A stretch of DNA of 32,430 nt from an uncultured Candidatus Saccharibacteria bacterium (GTDB lineage Bacteria; Patescibacteriota; Saccharimonadia; Saccharimonadales; AWTP1-31): the NCBI GenBank assembly GCA_964494545.1, contig CAZBRN010000002.1, forward strand, positions 1 through 32,430, in the 5' to 3' direction. The notes under the pieces are model-generated. The model was not told the DNA's origin. It did no database searches and was given only the letters and a program-made list of their open reading frames with translations. Positions 8,695 through 16,468 of this stretch are shown here, piece after piece. The first letter of the stretch is position 1. Each line of letters starts with the position of its first letter. The position numbers and the translations under genes were made by a program.

Positions 8695-9621
8695 ATGCCA
8701 AAATCAATCCAATCAATGCGACAAGACTGTGATCATGCGAGGGCGGCACTCAAGCGAGCACGAGAGGGCCACTATGCACTCGGCGCTTTTAATCTAGATA
8801 ATCAAGAAACGTTGATTGCGGTCGTGAAAGCAGCAGTCAAAAAGAATGCTCCAGTGCTTGTTGAAATTAGTCACGGGGAAGTTGAGCTACTAGGACTTGA
8901 GAACGTGCGTGACATGGTCGACAACTACAAAGCAGAGTTTGCGGTTGAGATGTATATTAACCTTGATCACTCTCCAAGCGTTGAAGCTGCAAAAGCTGGG
9001 ATTGATGCTGGTTTTGAGTTTATCCACATAGACATATCTCAAGCTAACCACGACGCTACGGAAGAAGATATCATTAACTGCACCAAAGAAGTAGTCGAGT
9101 ATGCAAAAAAGACAGGTGCACTCGTGGAGAGCGAACCTCATTACTTTGGTGGTGGTTCAAATAGATTCACCAAAGCGTTTGATTATAATGAAATCAAGAA
9201 AACGTTTAGCACTCCTGAAGGGGCTAAGAAATTCGTAGAAGCTACCGGTATCGACACGTATGCTGCAGCTATCGGCAATCTCCATGGTAGCTACCCAGTC
9301 CCAAAACGGCTTGATCTTGAGCTCTTGCAACAAGTGCGAGACGCAATCGATTGTAATATAAGTCTCCATGGCGGAAGCGGAACCCCGGGTCATTATTTTG
9401 AGGATGCAGTAAAGATTGGTGTAGGAAAAATAAACATCAACTCAGATATGCGCGTCGCATATCGATCGACACTCGAAAAACAACTAAAAGAAAACAAAAC
9501 TGAATTTGCTGTCATAAAACTCATGGACGAAGTTATCGATGCAGTCCAAGCGGTAGTTGAGAGTAAAATAGATTCCTTTGGCGCTTCCGGCAAAGCGAGA
9601 GTAAATATACTAGCAGAATAG
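8695..9621 (+). CDS. fba: Class II fructose-bisphosphate aldolase family protein
   Basis: 308 aa. Motifs GAFNLDN, INLDHS, SLHGGSG, KININSD. Confidence 0.85.
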   Translation: MPKSIQSMRQDCDHARAALKRAREGHYALGAFNLDNQETLIAVVKAAVKKNAPVLVEISHGEVELLGLENVRDMVDNYKAEFAVEMYINLDHSPSVEAAKAGIDAGFEFIHIDISQANHDATEEDIINCTKEVVEYAKKTGALVESEPHYFGGGSNRFTKAFDYNEIKKTFSTPEGAKKFVEATGIDTYAAAIGNLHGSYPVPKRLDLELLQQVRDAIDCNISLHGGSGTPGHYFEDAVKIGVGKININSDMRVAYRSTLEKQLKENKTEFAVIKLMDEVIDAVQAVVESKIDSFGASGKARVNILAE

Positions 9622-9684
9622 CGGTTGTATTACTTGCGCGTCATATAAATCGTATGACATACTAAGCATATATAATTTAAGAAA

Positions 9685-10695
9685 GTGGTGGACATGGGAA
9701 TTGATGTTTTATCGGTAGGTGGGATAGTGACAGATGTCTTTATTAGACTTAAAGACGATCAAGGTAAAATTTCTGAAGACCATGAGGGCAATCAATTTTT
9801 GACTATTCCTTTTGCCATGAAAATCCCATTTGATCACGCTGAAGTTATCGAGGCAGTTGGTAATGCTGCAAATACAAGCGTGGCATTTGCAAGATTGGGA
9901 TTAAAAAGCGCCTTGCATGCTAACGTCGGTAATGATCAGCACGGTCGCGATATGCTTACCGCACTTGAAAAGAATAAAGTCGATACTAGACTAATGAAAA
10001 TCAATACTGGCAAGGCTAGTAATATGCACTACGTACTGTGGTATAAAGACGAGAGAACGATTCTGGTTCATGACGAGGCATATACATATCACTGGCCACA
10101 CTTAAGACCAGATGAAATGCCAAAATGGATTTACTTTACCTCAATGGGCGAGAACTCAGAGAAGTTTCATGACGAACTTACTGAATGGCTAGAGCGCCAC
10201 GAAGATGTTAAGCTTGCCTTCCAGCCTGGTACTTTTCAGATAAAAATGGGATCCAAACAATTGGCTGGCATCTACAAACAAACGGATGTTTTGGCGGTAA
10301 ACCGTGAGGAGGCTGTACTTATTGCAGGAGGAGATCATTCAAACCTAAACGATTTGTTTGATAGGTTACATGCACTCGGGCCAAAAATTGTGGTTATTAG
10401 TGATGGACACGATGGCGCGTACGCGTCAGATGGTAGTCGACGACTAAAAATGCCAATCTATCCTGATCCGTCTCCACCGTTTGAACGAACTGGCGCCGGA
10501 GACGCATTCACGTCAACGTTTGTGGCCGCCTTAATTCATGGAAGTGATATCGAAGGAGCCCTTCAATGGGGACCGATTAACTCAATGAGTGTCGTACAAC
10601 ATGTTGGAGCCCAAAAAGGCCTACTAACGCAAGCACAATTAAATAACCTCCTAAAACAGTCTCCGAAGTCCTACCGCGCAAAGCCTTTAACCTAA
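9685..10695 (+). CDS. PfkB/ribokinase-family carbohydrate or nucleoside kinase, specificity unknown
   Basis: 336 aa. Motifs VLSVGGIVTDVF, GNAANTSVAFARLG, C-terminal TGAGDAFTSTFVAAL. Start is either GTG 9685 or ATG 9694. Confidence 0.8.
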   Translation: MVDMGIDVLSVGGIVTDVFIRLKDDQGKISEDHEGNQFLTIPFAMKIPFDHAEVIEAVGNAANTSVAFARLGLKSALHANVGNDQHGRDMLTALEKNKVDTRLMKINTGKASNMHYVLWYKDERTILVHDEAYTYHWPHLRPDEMPKWIYFTSMGENSEKFHDELTEWLERHEDVKLAFQPGTFQIKMGSKQLAGIYKQTDVLAVNREEAVLIAGGDHSNLNDLFDRLHALGPKIVVISDGHDGAYASDGSRRLKMPIYPDPSPPFERTGAGDAFTSTFVAALIHGSDIEGALQWGPINSMSVVQHVGAQKGLLTQAQLNNLLKQSPKSYRAKPLT

Positions 10696-10714
10696 GATCG
10701 TAGAGTACCCACGA

Positions 10715-11956
10715 ATGTCAAAAGTCCTGTCGCAACTATTACACGCCGAGGAGCCTGCATTTTCTATGGCTCTGACGCAGCTTGAACGAACAAGCGGACA
10801 TCACTCTGTTGATGTTAGGTTGATTGCCGACATCACAACGCGTATACGACAAAAAATACGTGAGTGTGGACTTGACCCCAATGACACCACAGACAAAGAG
10901 CTCTATCACGCCTTGCAAGGTATAGTAAAACTACATGATCAATATTTAGCTAAAGCTATCGGTACAGAATCTACTGCTACGCTTGATACGCAATTATCAG
11001 CCATTGCTCGAGCCTTAAAAAAATTGCCTATTCCAAAATCATGCTGGGTAATCAAACATAGTGCGGCAAAGAAACTACTGAAGGCGTTACCTCCAAAGAA
11101 AATTATGGAAGTCCTCCATTATCAATCAGTCGATTCTATGCTCAAACGCGAGAATATAGCTGAAATATTCACCGCCGTTAGATTCATGGAGACAGATGCT
11201 TGGCAGCGTCGACTTGTAAAGTCATACAAAAAATTACGACCGAGCGACTTTGAAATTCGAGATATTGAGATAATTTTTCTTGATAGAGGTAAGTGGGGAA
11301 GTGCTGCCGATTCATTTTGCCGCATTCAGCGACACAATATAACTCACTTAAAAGAACTTGGGGTAGTTATGATATTGCCGCTACCCGTAGACCGTCTTAG
11401 AGGAGTTGTCATCACTGTAATGCCGCTAGCGATTCATTACATTAATGAAATTCGATCATACAGTTCTTTCTTTAAACTCCAGCAAGTACTCCCAACCTTC
11501 AGCGAAGTCATTATTCGCACCATTTTAGATGACCCAAAGAGTTCGGTGAATGTGTCCGGGCAAGACCTCCATTGGAGAATATTGCAAAGACATTTTGCAG
11601 ACAAGAAAGCCGGAGATCACCCCGAATTATTTGAACCTCATGTACAACTTGAAGATTTGTCGTGGCGAAAAGCCGAAGACATTCTCTACACGTTTGAACC
11701 AGCACTTAAGTTTTGGGAAGATCTTGACTACGTAGCTACAACATCAGATACACCAGTATCCTTGAGCCTAATGGATAATGCAGTTAGCTATTGCAACGGC
11801 CTGGAATATGGCGAACATTCTATTGGTCATTTCCGAGAAAGCTTATGGAACGAAATTTACATGCGATACCTTGGGCAAGAATCTATTGAATCGTTGGTGA
11901 TATCGCAACTCAACGATCAAATCACGGCAGTTGAGCAGGGTGAAGGGATTCTATAA
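10715..11956 (+). CDS. Hypothetical protein, 413 aa, no family recognised
   Basis: Long clean ORF with no competing ORF. No TM segment, signal peptide or nucleotide-binding loop seen. Its stop shares one base with the next ATG (TAATG, 11954-11958). Confidence 0.75.
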   Translation: MSKVLSQLLHAEEPAFSMALTQLERTSGHHSVDVRLIADITTRIRQKIRECGLDPNDTTDKELYHALQGIVKLHDQYLAKAIGTESTATLDTQLSAIARALKKLPIPKSCWVIKHSAAKKLLKALPPKKIMEVLHYQSVDSMLKRENIAEIFTAVRFMETDAWQRRLVKSYKKLRPSDFEIRDIEIIFLDRGKWGSAADSFCRIQRHNITHLKELGVVMILPLPVDRLRGVVITVMPLAIHYINEIRSYSSFFKLQQVLPTFSEVIIRTILDDPKSSVNVSGQDLHWRILQRHFADKKAGDHPELFEPHVQLEDLSWRKAEDILYTFEPALKFWEDLDYVATTSDTPVSLSLMDNAVSYCNGLEYGEHSIGHFRESLWNEIYMRYLGQESIESLVISQLNDQITAVEQGEGIL

Positions 11957-12519
11957 TGTATCAAATTTGTGTTTCTGCAGCAGCAAAAGGAATTAGCGTT
12001 GAAGACGGGCATGAGCTCGCTGTGCAAGCAGGAAAAGCCATTGCCGATTCAGGGCACACCCTCATGACCGGAGCAACCGTCGGATTACCGAACATTGCTG
12101 CCGAAAGCTATAAAGCGAATAGCGGCAAAATGAGTCTTGGAATTAGCCCTGCCGCAAGCAAAATTGAGCATGTCATGAAGTATAGGCTTCCTACCTCTGC
12201 CTACGATTCGATACTGTACTCAGGACTCCATTATATTGGTCGAGATACATTGCTTATCAATTCCAGCGATGCAGTTATCAGTATTGGCGGAAGAATTGGG
12301 ACACTTCACGAATTTACCATTGCTCTCGAGACAAATACCCCTATAGGATTCATCCACGGTGCAGGTGGCATTAGTGATGAAATAATGGACATTCTCAGAG
12401 CTGCGGGTAGAGAACCTGGAGATGATGTTATTTTTGGCGATACAGCTCACGCAGTGCTCGTGCAATTGACGGCTGTACTCGATGAACGACACAAAAAATA
12501 CTCGAAGCTCTATAAATAG
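11956..12519 (+). CDS. LOG / TIGR00725-like Rossmann-fold protein (possible nucleotide phosphoribohydrolase)
   Basis: 187 aa. Motifs LMTGATVGLPNIAAES...GKMSLGISP (GGxxGxM-type region) and AVISIGGRIGTLHEFTIALE (the PGGxGTxxE LOG signature, lacking the Pro). SD GAAGGGA at 11942-11948. Confidence 0.65.
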   Translation: MYQICVSAAAKGISVEDGHELAVQAGKAIADSGHTLMTGATVGLPNIAAESYKANSGKMSLGISPAASKIEHVMKYRLPTSAYDSILYSGLHYIGRDTLLINSSDAVISIGGRIGTLHEFTIALETNTPIGFIHGAGGISDEIMDILRAAGREPGDDVIFGDTAHAVLVQLTAVLDERHKKYSKLYK

Positions 12520-12560
12520 GTTGTACCGACAAGAGGCTTTCATCTTAAGTACAATGACCT

Positions 12561-12566
12561 TATACT
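12561..12566 (+). promoter_or_regulatory. -10-like TATACT 6 nt upstream of the uvrB ATG (possible leaderless start)
   Basis: TATACT at 12561-12566, ATG at 12573, no purine-rich SD between them. An alternative is CCGACA-18 nt-TACAAT at 12526-12555. No convincing -35 for the proximal box. Confidence 0.3.
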
Positions 12567-12572
12567 TAACAG

Positions 12573-14537
12573 ATGACTAAGTTCGAAATTCAAAGCAAAT
12601 ATAAACCTGCCGGCGATCAACCGGCAGCTATAGCAGCCCTCACTAAAGGGCTAATTAGTGGCGAAAAAGAACAAACTCTCCTCGGAGTAACCGGTTCCGG
12701 TAAAACATTTACAATGGCCAATATCATTCAGAATGTTCAGAAACCAACGCTCGTGCTGAGTCATAACAAAACGCTCGCTGCACAACTTTGTGAAGAGTTC
12801 AGGCGGTTTTTCCCGAACAACGCCGTTCACTATTTCGTGAGCTACTTTGATTATTACCAACCAGAAGCCTACATCGCTCGCAGTGACACCTATATCGAAA
12901 AAGATAGTCAGATTAATGAAGAGATCGATCGCCTACGGCACGCCGCAACCGATTCGCTGCTGTCACGAAAAGACGTCATTATTGTCGCGAGTGTTAGCTG
13001 TATCTATGGCATTGGCTCAGTAGAAGACTATGACGGTTTGGCTGTTTCACTTACGACCGGTGAACGACGTGTACGCGATAAGCTTTTACGTCAACTAACA
13101 GATATCCAATATCAACGAAATGACATAGATTTCCACCGCGGCACCTTCCGTGTACGTGGTGACGTTGTTGATGTATACCCCGCCGGTGAAGAAGTAGCCT
13201 ATCGTATAGAGTTTTTTGGTGATGAGATTGAGCGCATTACCAGGATAAATCCACTCACTGGTGAAATAGAAAAGTCACTCCCAGCACTTAAAATATTCCC
13301 AAGTTCTCACTATGTAACTCCTTATGACAAATTAAAGGTAGCTATCGGTAGCATTCAACATGAGCTAGACGAACGCCTGAAGTTTTATAAAAAGAATAGT
13401 CTTCATTTGGAGGCGCAGCGATTACAACAAAGAACAAATTTTGATATCGAGATGATGCAGGAAACAGGCTTTGTAAAAGGAATCGAAAACTATAGCCGGT
13501 ATCTCACTAATCGTGAGCCCGGTGAACAACCCGCAACTCTTCTCGACTACTATCCAGATGATTTCCTGATGTTTGTCGATGAATCACACATGACATTGCC
13601 TCAAGTTCGTGGCATGTATAATGGCGACCGTGCGCGAAAAGAAGTACTGGTAGAACATGGGTTCAGGCTACCGAGTGCTCTTGATAACCGTCCCCTAACA
13701 TTTACCGAATTCGAACGACATATCAACCAGGTTGTGTATGTGAGCGCTACTCCAGCAGAATATGAGCTCAGCCATAGTCCTGAGCCAGTTCAACAAGTTA
13801 TCCGACCAACCGGACTTCTGGATCCACCTATCGAGGTACGGCCAGTTGCCGGGCAGGTAGATGATCTTATCGCCGAGATTCGAGCAACTACGGCCAAACA
13901 TCAGCGCGTATTGGTAACTACCCTCACGAAACGAATGAGTGAAGACCTAACGGAATATCTGAAAGAACTAGATATTAAAGTTGCCTATTTGCATAGTGAC
14001 GTTGATACACTTGACCGTCTTGATATCCTTAAGGACTTACGGCTTGGCGTGTATGACGTTGTGGTTGGCATTAACTTACTTCGAGAAGGTCTTGATCTCC
14101 CTGAAGTTAGTTTAGTTGCTATTTTAGATGCGGATAAAGAAGGCTTTTTGCGCAGTAAGCAGGCACTCGTTCAAACAGTCGGAAGAGCAGCTCGTCACCT
14201 CGAAGGACGCGTAATTATGTATGCTGATCGAATCACCGAAAGTATGCGTTATACCATAGATGAGACTGATAGACGTCGAGGTATCCAGCAAGCATACAAT
14301 ACTAAAAACGGTATTACACCCGAGGGAATATCTAAACTTGTCGAAAAAGGCATGCGCGCTGATTTGCCAGAAGATGCGAAAACGGCAAAACTTAATCTCA
14401 AGAAAATTCCAAAAGATGAATATAAAAATCTTATCAAAGAACTTTCAGGTCAAATGGATTTGGCTGCTGCTAATCTCGAGTTCGAAAAAGCAGCAGAACT
14501 GCGTGACATCATAGAAGATATAAAATCCAAGTTATAG
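12573..14537 (+). CDS. uvrB: Excinuclease ABC subunit B
   Basis: 654 aa. Walker [18 protein letters not shown] box, C-terminal UVR motif [11 protein letters not shown]. Confidence 0.97.
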   Translation: MTKFEIQSKYKPAGDQPAAIAALTKGLISGEKEQTLLGVTGSGKTFTMANIIQNVQKPTLVLSHNKTLAAQLCEEFRRFFPNNAVHYFVSYFDYYQPEAYIARSDTYIEKDSQINEEIDRLRHAATDSLLSRKDVIIVASVSCIYGIGSVEDYDGLAVSLTTGERRVRDKLLRQLTDIQYQRNDIDFHRGTFRVRGDVVDVYPAGEEVAYRIEFFGDEIERITRINPLTGEIEKSLPALKIFPSSHYVTPYDKLKVAIGSIQHELDERLKFYKKNSLHLEAQRLQQRTNFDIEMMQETGFVKGIENYSRYLTNREPGEQPATLLDYYPDDFLMFVDESHMTLPQVRGMYNGDRARKEVLVEHGFRLPSALDNRPLTFTEFERHINQVVYVSATPAEYELSHSPEPVQQVIRPTGLLDPPIEVRPVAGQVDDLIAEIRATTAKHQRVLVTTLTKRMSEDLTEYLKELDIKVAYLHSDVDTLDRLDILKDLRLGVYDVVVGINLLREGLDLPEVSLVAILDADKEGFLRSKQALVQTVGRAARHLEGRVIMYADRITESMRYTIDETDRRRGIQQAYNTKNGITPEGISKLVEKGMRADLPEDAKTAKLNLKKIPKDEYKNLIKELSGQMDLAAANLEFEKAAELRDIIEDIKSKL

Positions 14538-14544
14538 CCTATTG

Positions 14545-15738
14545 CTAGCTCGCAAGTTCGTAATCATCACTGAGATCGAGATAGTCTGAAGGGCTCATAC
14601 CGATGATAGACATGTCATGATCCCTCATGAAGTCCATTACTCGAGTGAACCTATCAATCTTATGCTGCACGAGCGCTCCGTCTACATGAGCGCCGTCTTC
14701 AATTATAAGAGCCAAGTTAGGATGATTTGCATGAATTATTTCATGTTCAGCATATTGAGACATCGTATCCTTTGATAAAAAGCCACGTACTCCTGATGTT
14801 TCCAGCGGAATAGCTCTAGAGTACGTACCATTGTCTCCACTCACCAAAGGGGCGATCCAGGCGAGCTCATGTAACACATTCAAAAGATGCGGATCAAACG
14901 TTCCTAGATATTTCTTGAGAATTCCTTTTTCTCCTGAACGTTCGCGGCGAATCAAGTTACAAGCAACACGTCCGAGCCCTTTTAACTCCTCTGGACCTTG
15001 AACGGTTGCGAGTTCAACCATATTCCGAAGTCCAGGATAGAGCGCAAAGCATTTAGCAGTTAAGTCGCTATGTACTATAGTTCGCTGACTATGTGCCGCA
15101 AGAGCAATAAATGCTTCGCCCGACATAGCACTTCTTGAAAATCCATCTCGTATCATGACGAAAGTGTCAAAATCTACGGCAGCTTTTTGTTCCAAATCGT
15201 CAAGTACCGCATGGTCGTGATGAGCAGATTTACCGACACTTTTACTAGATAGGAAATGAGCAAGAGTCATCAGTCGATCTGGATTCGTTGGCCACGGCGC
15301 ATGCCGTCCCTGGTGATGAAGCCATACCACAGGAAATCCTAGCTTGACATAGCTATCTATAAGCTCCGCATTCATACCGTCCGGGCCAGTAAATAGCGCA
15401 TCGCCGCCAGAAATACCATACGGGCTAATCGCATGACTACCGAAATAAGTAGGTTTTGGCTGTGCACGTGTAAGGAGCCTCACAGCTCCGTCATCAAAAC
15501 GTACACATTCTTGCGTGAAATCTGCATACTCGGTTGATCCTAGATCTTTATGGGTTGTTCGACGGCGAACTGCAACATCATATTCTGGAAGCTCAGCTAC
15601 TGCTTGTTGTTGCTCGAGCAAAGCATCTGTTGGGGATAATAAAACACCCCCATTCAAATGGAGGTGTTTGGAGCGATCGGATTCAAATGGGCCTACAGGC
15701 CTCTCTGTGTGACCTGATAGTTCAGCTGCTGGTAACAT
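14545..15738 (-). CDS. Hypothetical protein, possible alpha/beta-fold serine hydrolase
   Basis: 397 aa. Nucleophile-elbow-like G-F-S-R-S-A (residues 199-204, nt 15127-15144) fits Sm-x-Nu-x-Sm-Sm. A late IIEDGAHVDG could supply the catalytic His. GAGG lies 8 nt upstream of the ATG on the minus strand. The family call is weak. Confidence 0.6.
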   Translation of the reverse strand: MLPAAELSGHTERPVGPFESDRSKHLHLNGGVLLSPTDALLEQQQAVAELPEYDVAVRRRTTHKDLGSTEYADFTQECVRFDDGAVRLLTRAQPKPTYFGSHAISPYGISGGDALFTGPDGMNAELIDSYVKLGFPVVWLHHQGRHAPWPTNPDRLMTLAHFLSSKSVGKSAHHDHAVLDDLEQKAAVDFDTFVMIRDGFSRSAMSGEAFIALAAHSQRTIVHSDLTAKCFALYPGLRNMVELATVQGPEELKGLGRVACNLIRRERSGEKGILKKYLGTFDPHLLNVLHELAWIAPLVSGDNGTYSRAIPLETSGVRGFLSKDTMSQYAEHEIIHANHPNLALIIEDGAHVDGALVQHKIDRFTRVMDFMRDHDMSIIGMSPSDYLDLSDDYELAS

Positions 15739-15759
15739 TATTGATGCCTCATGATGCTC

Positions 15760-15788
15760 ATGCTATTCCTGACTATTGATTTTGTAAA
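15760..15788 (-). promoter_or_regulatory. Candidate promoter for the 397-aa gene (TTTACA-17 nt-TAGCAT on the minus strand)
   Basis: On the minus strand, TTTACA corresponds to plus 15783-15788. A 17-nt spacer follows, then TAGCAT at plus 15760-15765. Sequence match only. Confidence 0.3.
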
Positions 15789-15826
15789 GCTTTTGTTTAC
15801 GTACGAACTTCCGTATACTTATACTC

Positions 15827-16141
15827 ATGCAAAACTCAGCCCATATGGGTCATGAATTCTGGTTCGAACTTTATCTACTTCGTGATCAACTAGATAAAGA
15901 AGCCTGGTCGGCCATCGTCCTTGGTATCTCCCAATACATTGGCTTTTTAAAAATCTGGAGACTCATAGTTTCTATTGATAACAGTGCCGTTCGATACTAT
16001 GTAGGTGTCAGTTGTAGGATTAAAGTATTTTGTTGCAAACACCAAAAGCACGCTGAGAACGAAGTACCTGTCGTCTATGACATCTGTGATGCAATTCTTG
16101 GTTATACGGCAAGTCCCGGTCAAATCCTGAACTATTGGTAG
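15827..16141 (+). CDS. Doubtful 104-aa ORF (possible gene remnant or small protein)
   Basis: The only sizeable ORF in the 439-nt gap. It has no SD. Tandem TATACT TATACT (15814-15825) lies 1 nt upstream of the ATG. No family recognised. A 76-aa ORF on the other strand overlaps it. Confidence 0.25.
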   Translation: MQNSAHMGHEFWFELYLLRDQLDKEAWSAIVLGISQYIGFLKIWRLIVSIDNSAVRYYVGVSCRIKVFCCKHQKHAENEVPVVYDICDAILGYTASPGQILNYW

Positions 16142-16159
16142 ATTAAACGGGGCGTTATT

Positions 16160-16168
16160 TGATATACT
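16160..16168 (+). promoter_or_regulatory. Extended -10 element (TGATATACT) 9 nt upstream of the gatC ATG
   Basis: TGnTATACT at 16160-16168, ATG at 16178. The intervening ACATACCAA has no SD. Confidence 0.4.
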
Positions 16169-16177
16169 ACATACCAA

Positions 16178-16468
16178 ATGGCGAACCTCACTTCAGACGA
16201 CGTATTAAAATTGGCATCTCTTTCAAAGATATCTTTGGATAAAGAGGAGCTTGCCGCGCTTACAACTGAGCTAAGCGATATACTTGGTTACGTCGAACAA
16301 TTGTCTAACGTTGATGTGTCAGGCTTAGAGCCGACTAACCAAGTAACCGGACTGACTAATGTTATGCGTAAGGATGAGATCAAGGATTACGGAGCATCAC
16401 AAGAGGATCTTTTGAAGAATCTTCCGGCTCGATCGGGAAATTATATGAAAGTGAACAAGGTTCTCTAA
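16178..16468 (+). CDS. gatC: Asp/Glu-tRNA(Asn/Gln) amidotransferase subunit C
   Basis: 96 aa. Motifs VLKLASLSKISLDKEEL and LSDILGYVEQLSNVDVSGLEPT. Directly abuts gatA. Confidence 0.9.
   Translation: MANLTSDDVLKLASLSKISLDKEELAALTTELSDILGYVEQLSNVDVSGLEPTNQVTGLTNVMRKDEIKDYGASQEDLLKNLPARSGNYMKVNKVL

Noticed and set aside
9020-9028. Perfect DnaA-box-like TTATCCACA
   Set aside because: It is a single copy inside the fba coding sequence with no cluster or AT-rich unwinding element. Not an origin.
9640-9658. GTCATA-7 nt-TATGAC hairpin after fba, and AAGCAT-12 nt-ATGCTT at 3946-3969 after the Nudix gene
   Set aside because: Both have AT-rich 6-bp stems with no following T-run. Not credible intrinsic terminators.
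11330-11593. Two R-x4-H strings in the 413-aa protein (RHNITH at residues 206-211, RILQRH at 288-293), considered as HEPN-like RNase motifs
   Set aside because: The motif is four informative characters and expected by chance in a 413-aa protein. I could see no supporting HEPN helical context. It is kept only as something a profile search could test.
15861-15869. GGTTCGAAC, a tRNA or tmRNA T-loop-like string in the long gap
   Set aside because: The flanks (TTCTG / TTTAT) cannot form a T-stem. No acceptor or anticodon arms or CCA context could be built.
16109-16120. AAGTCCCGG, reminiscent of the RNase P RNA P4 motif GGAAAGUCCGG
   Set aside because: Only a 6-7 nt match. An RNase P RNA starting here would have to run through gatC, and no other conserved regions were seen.
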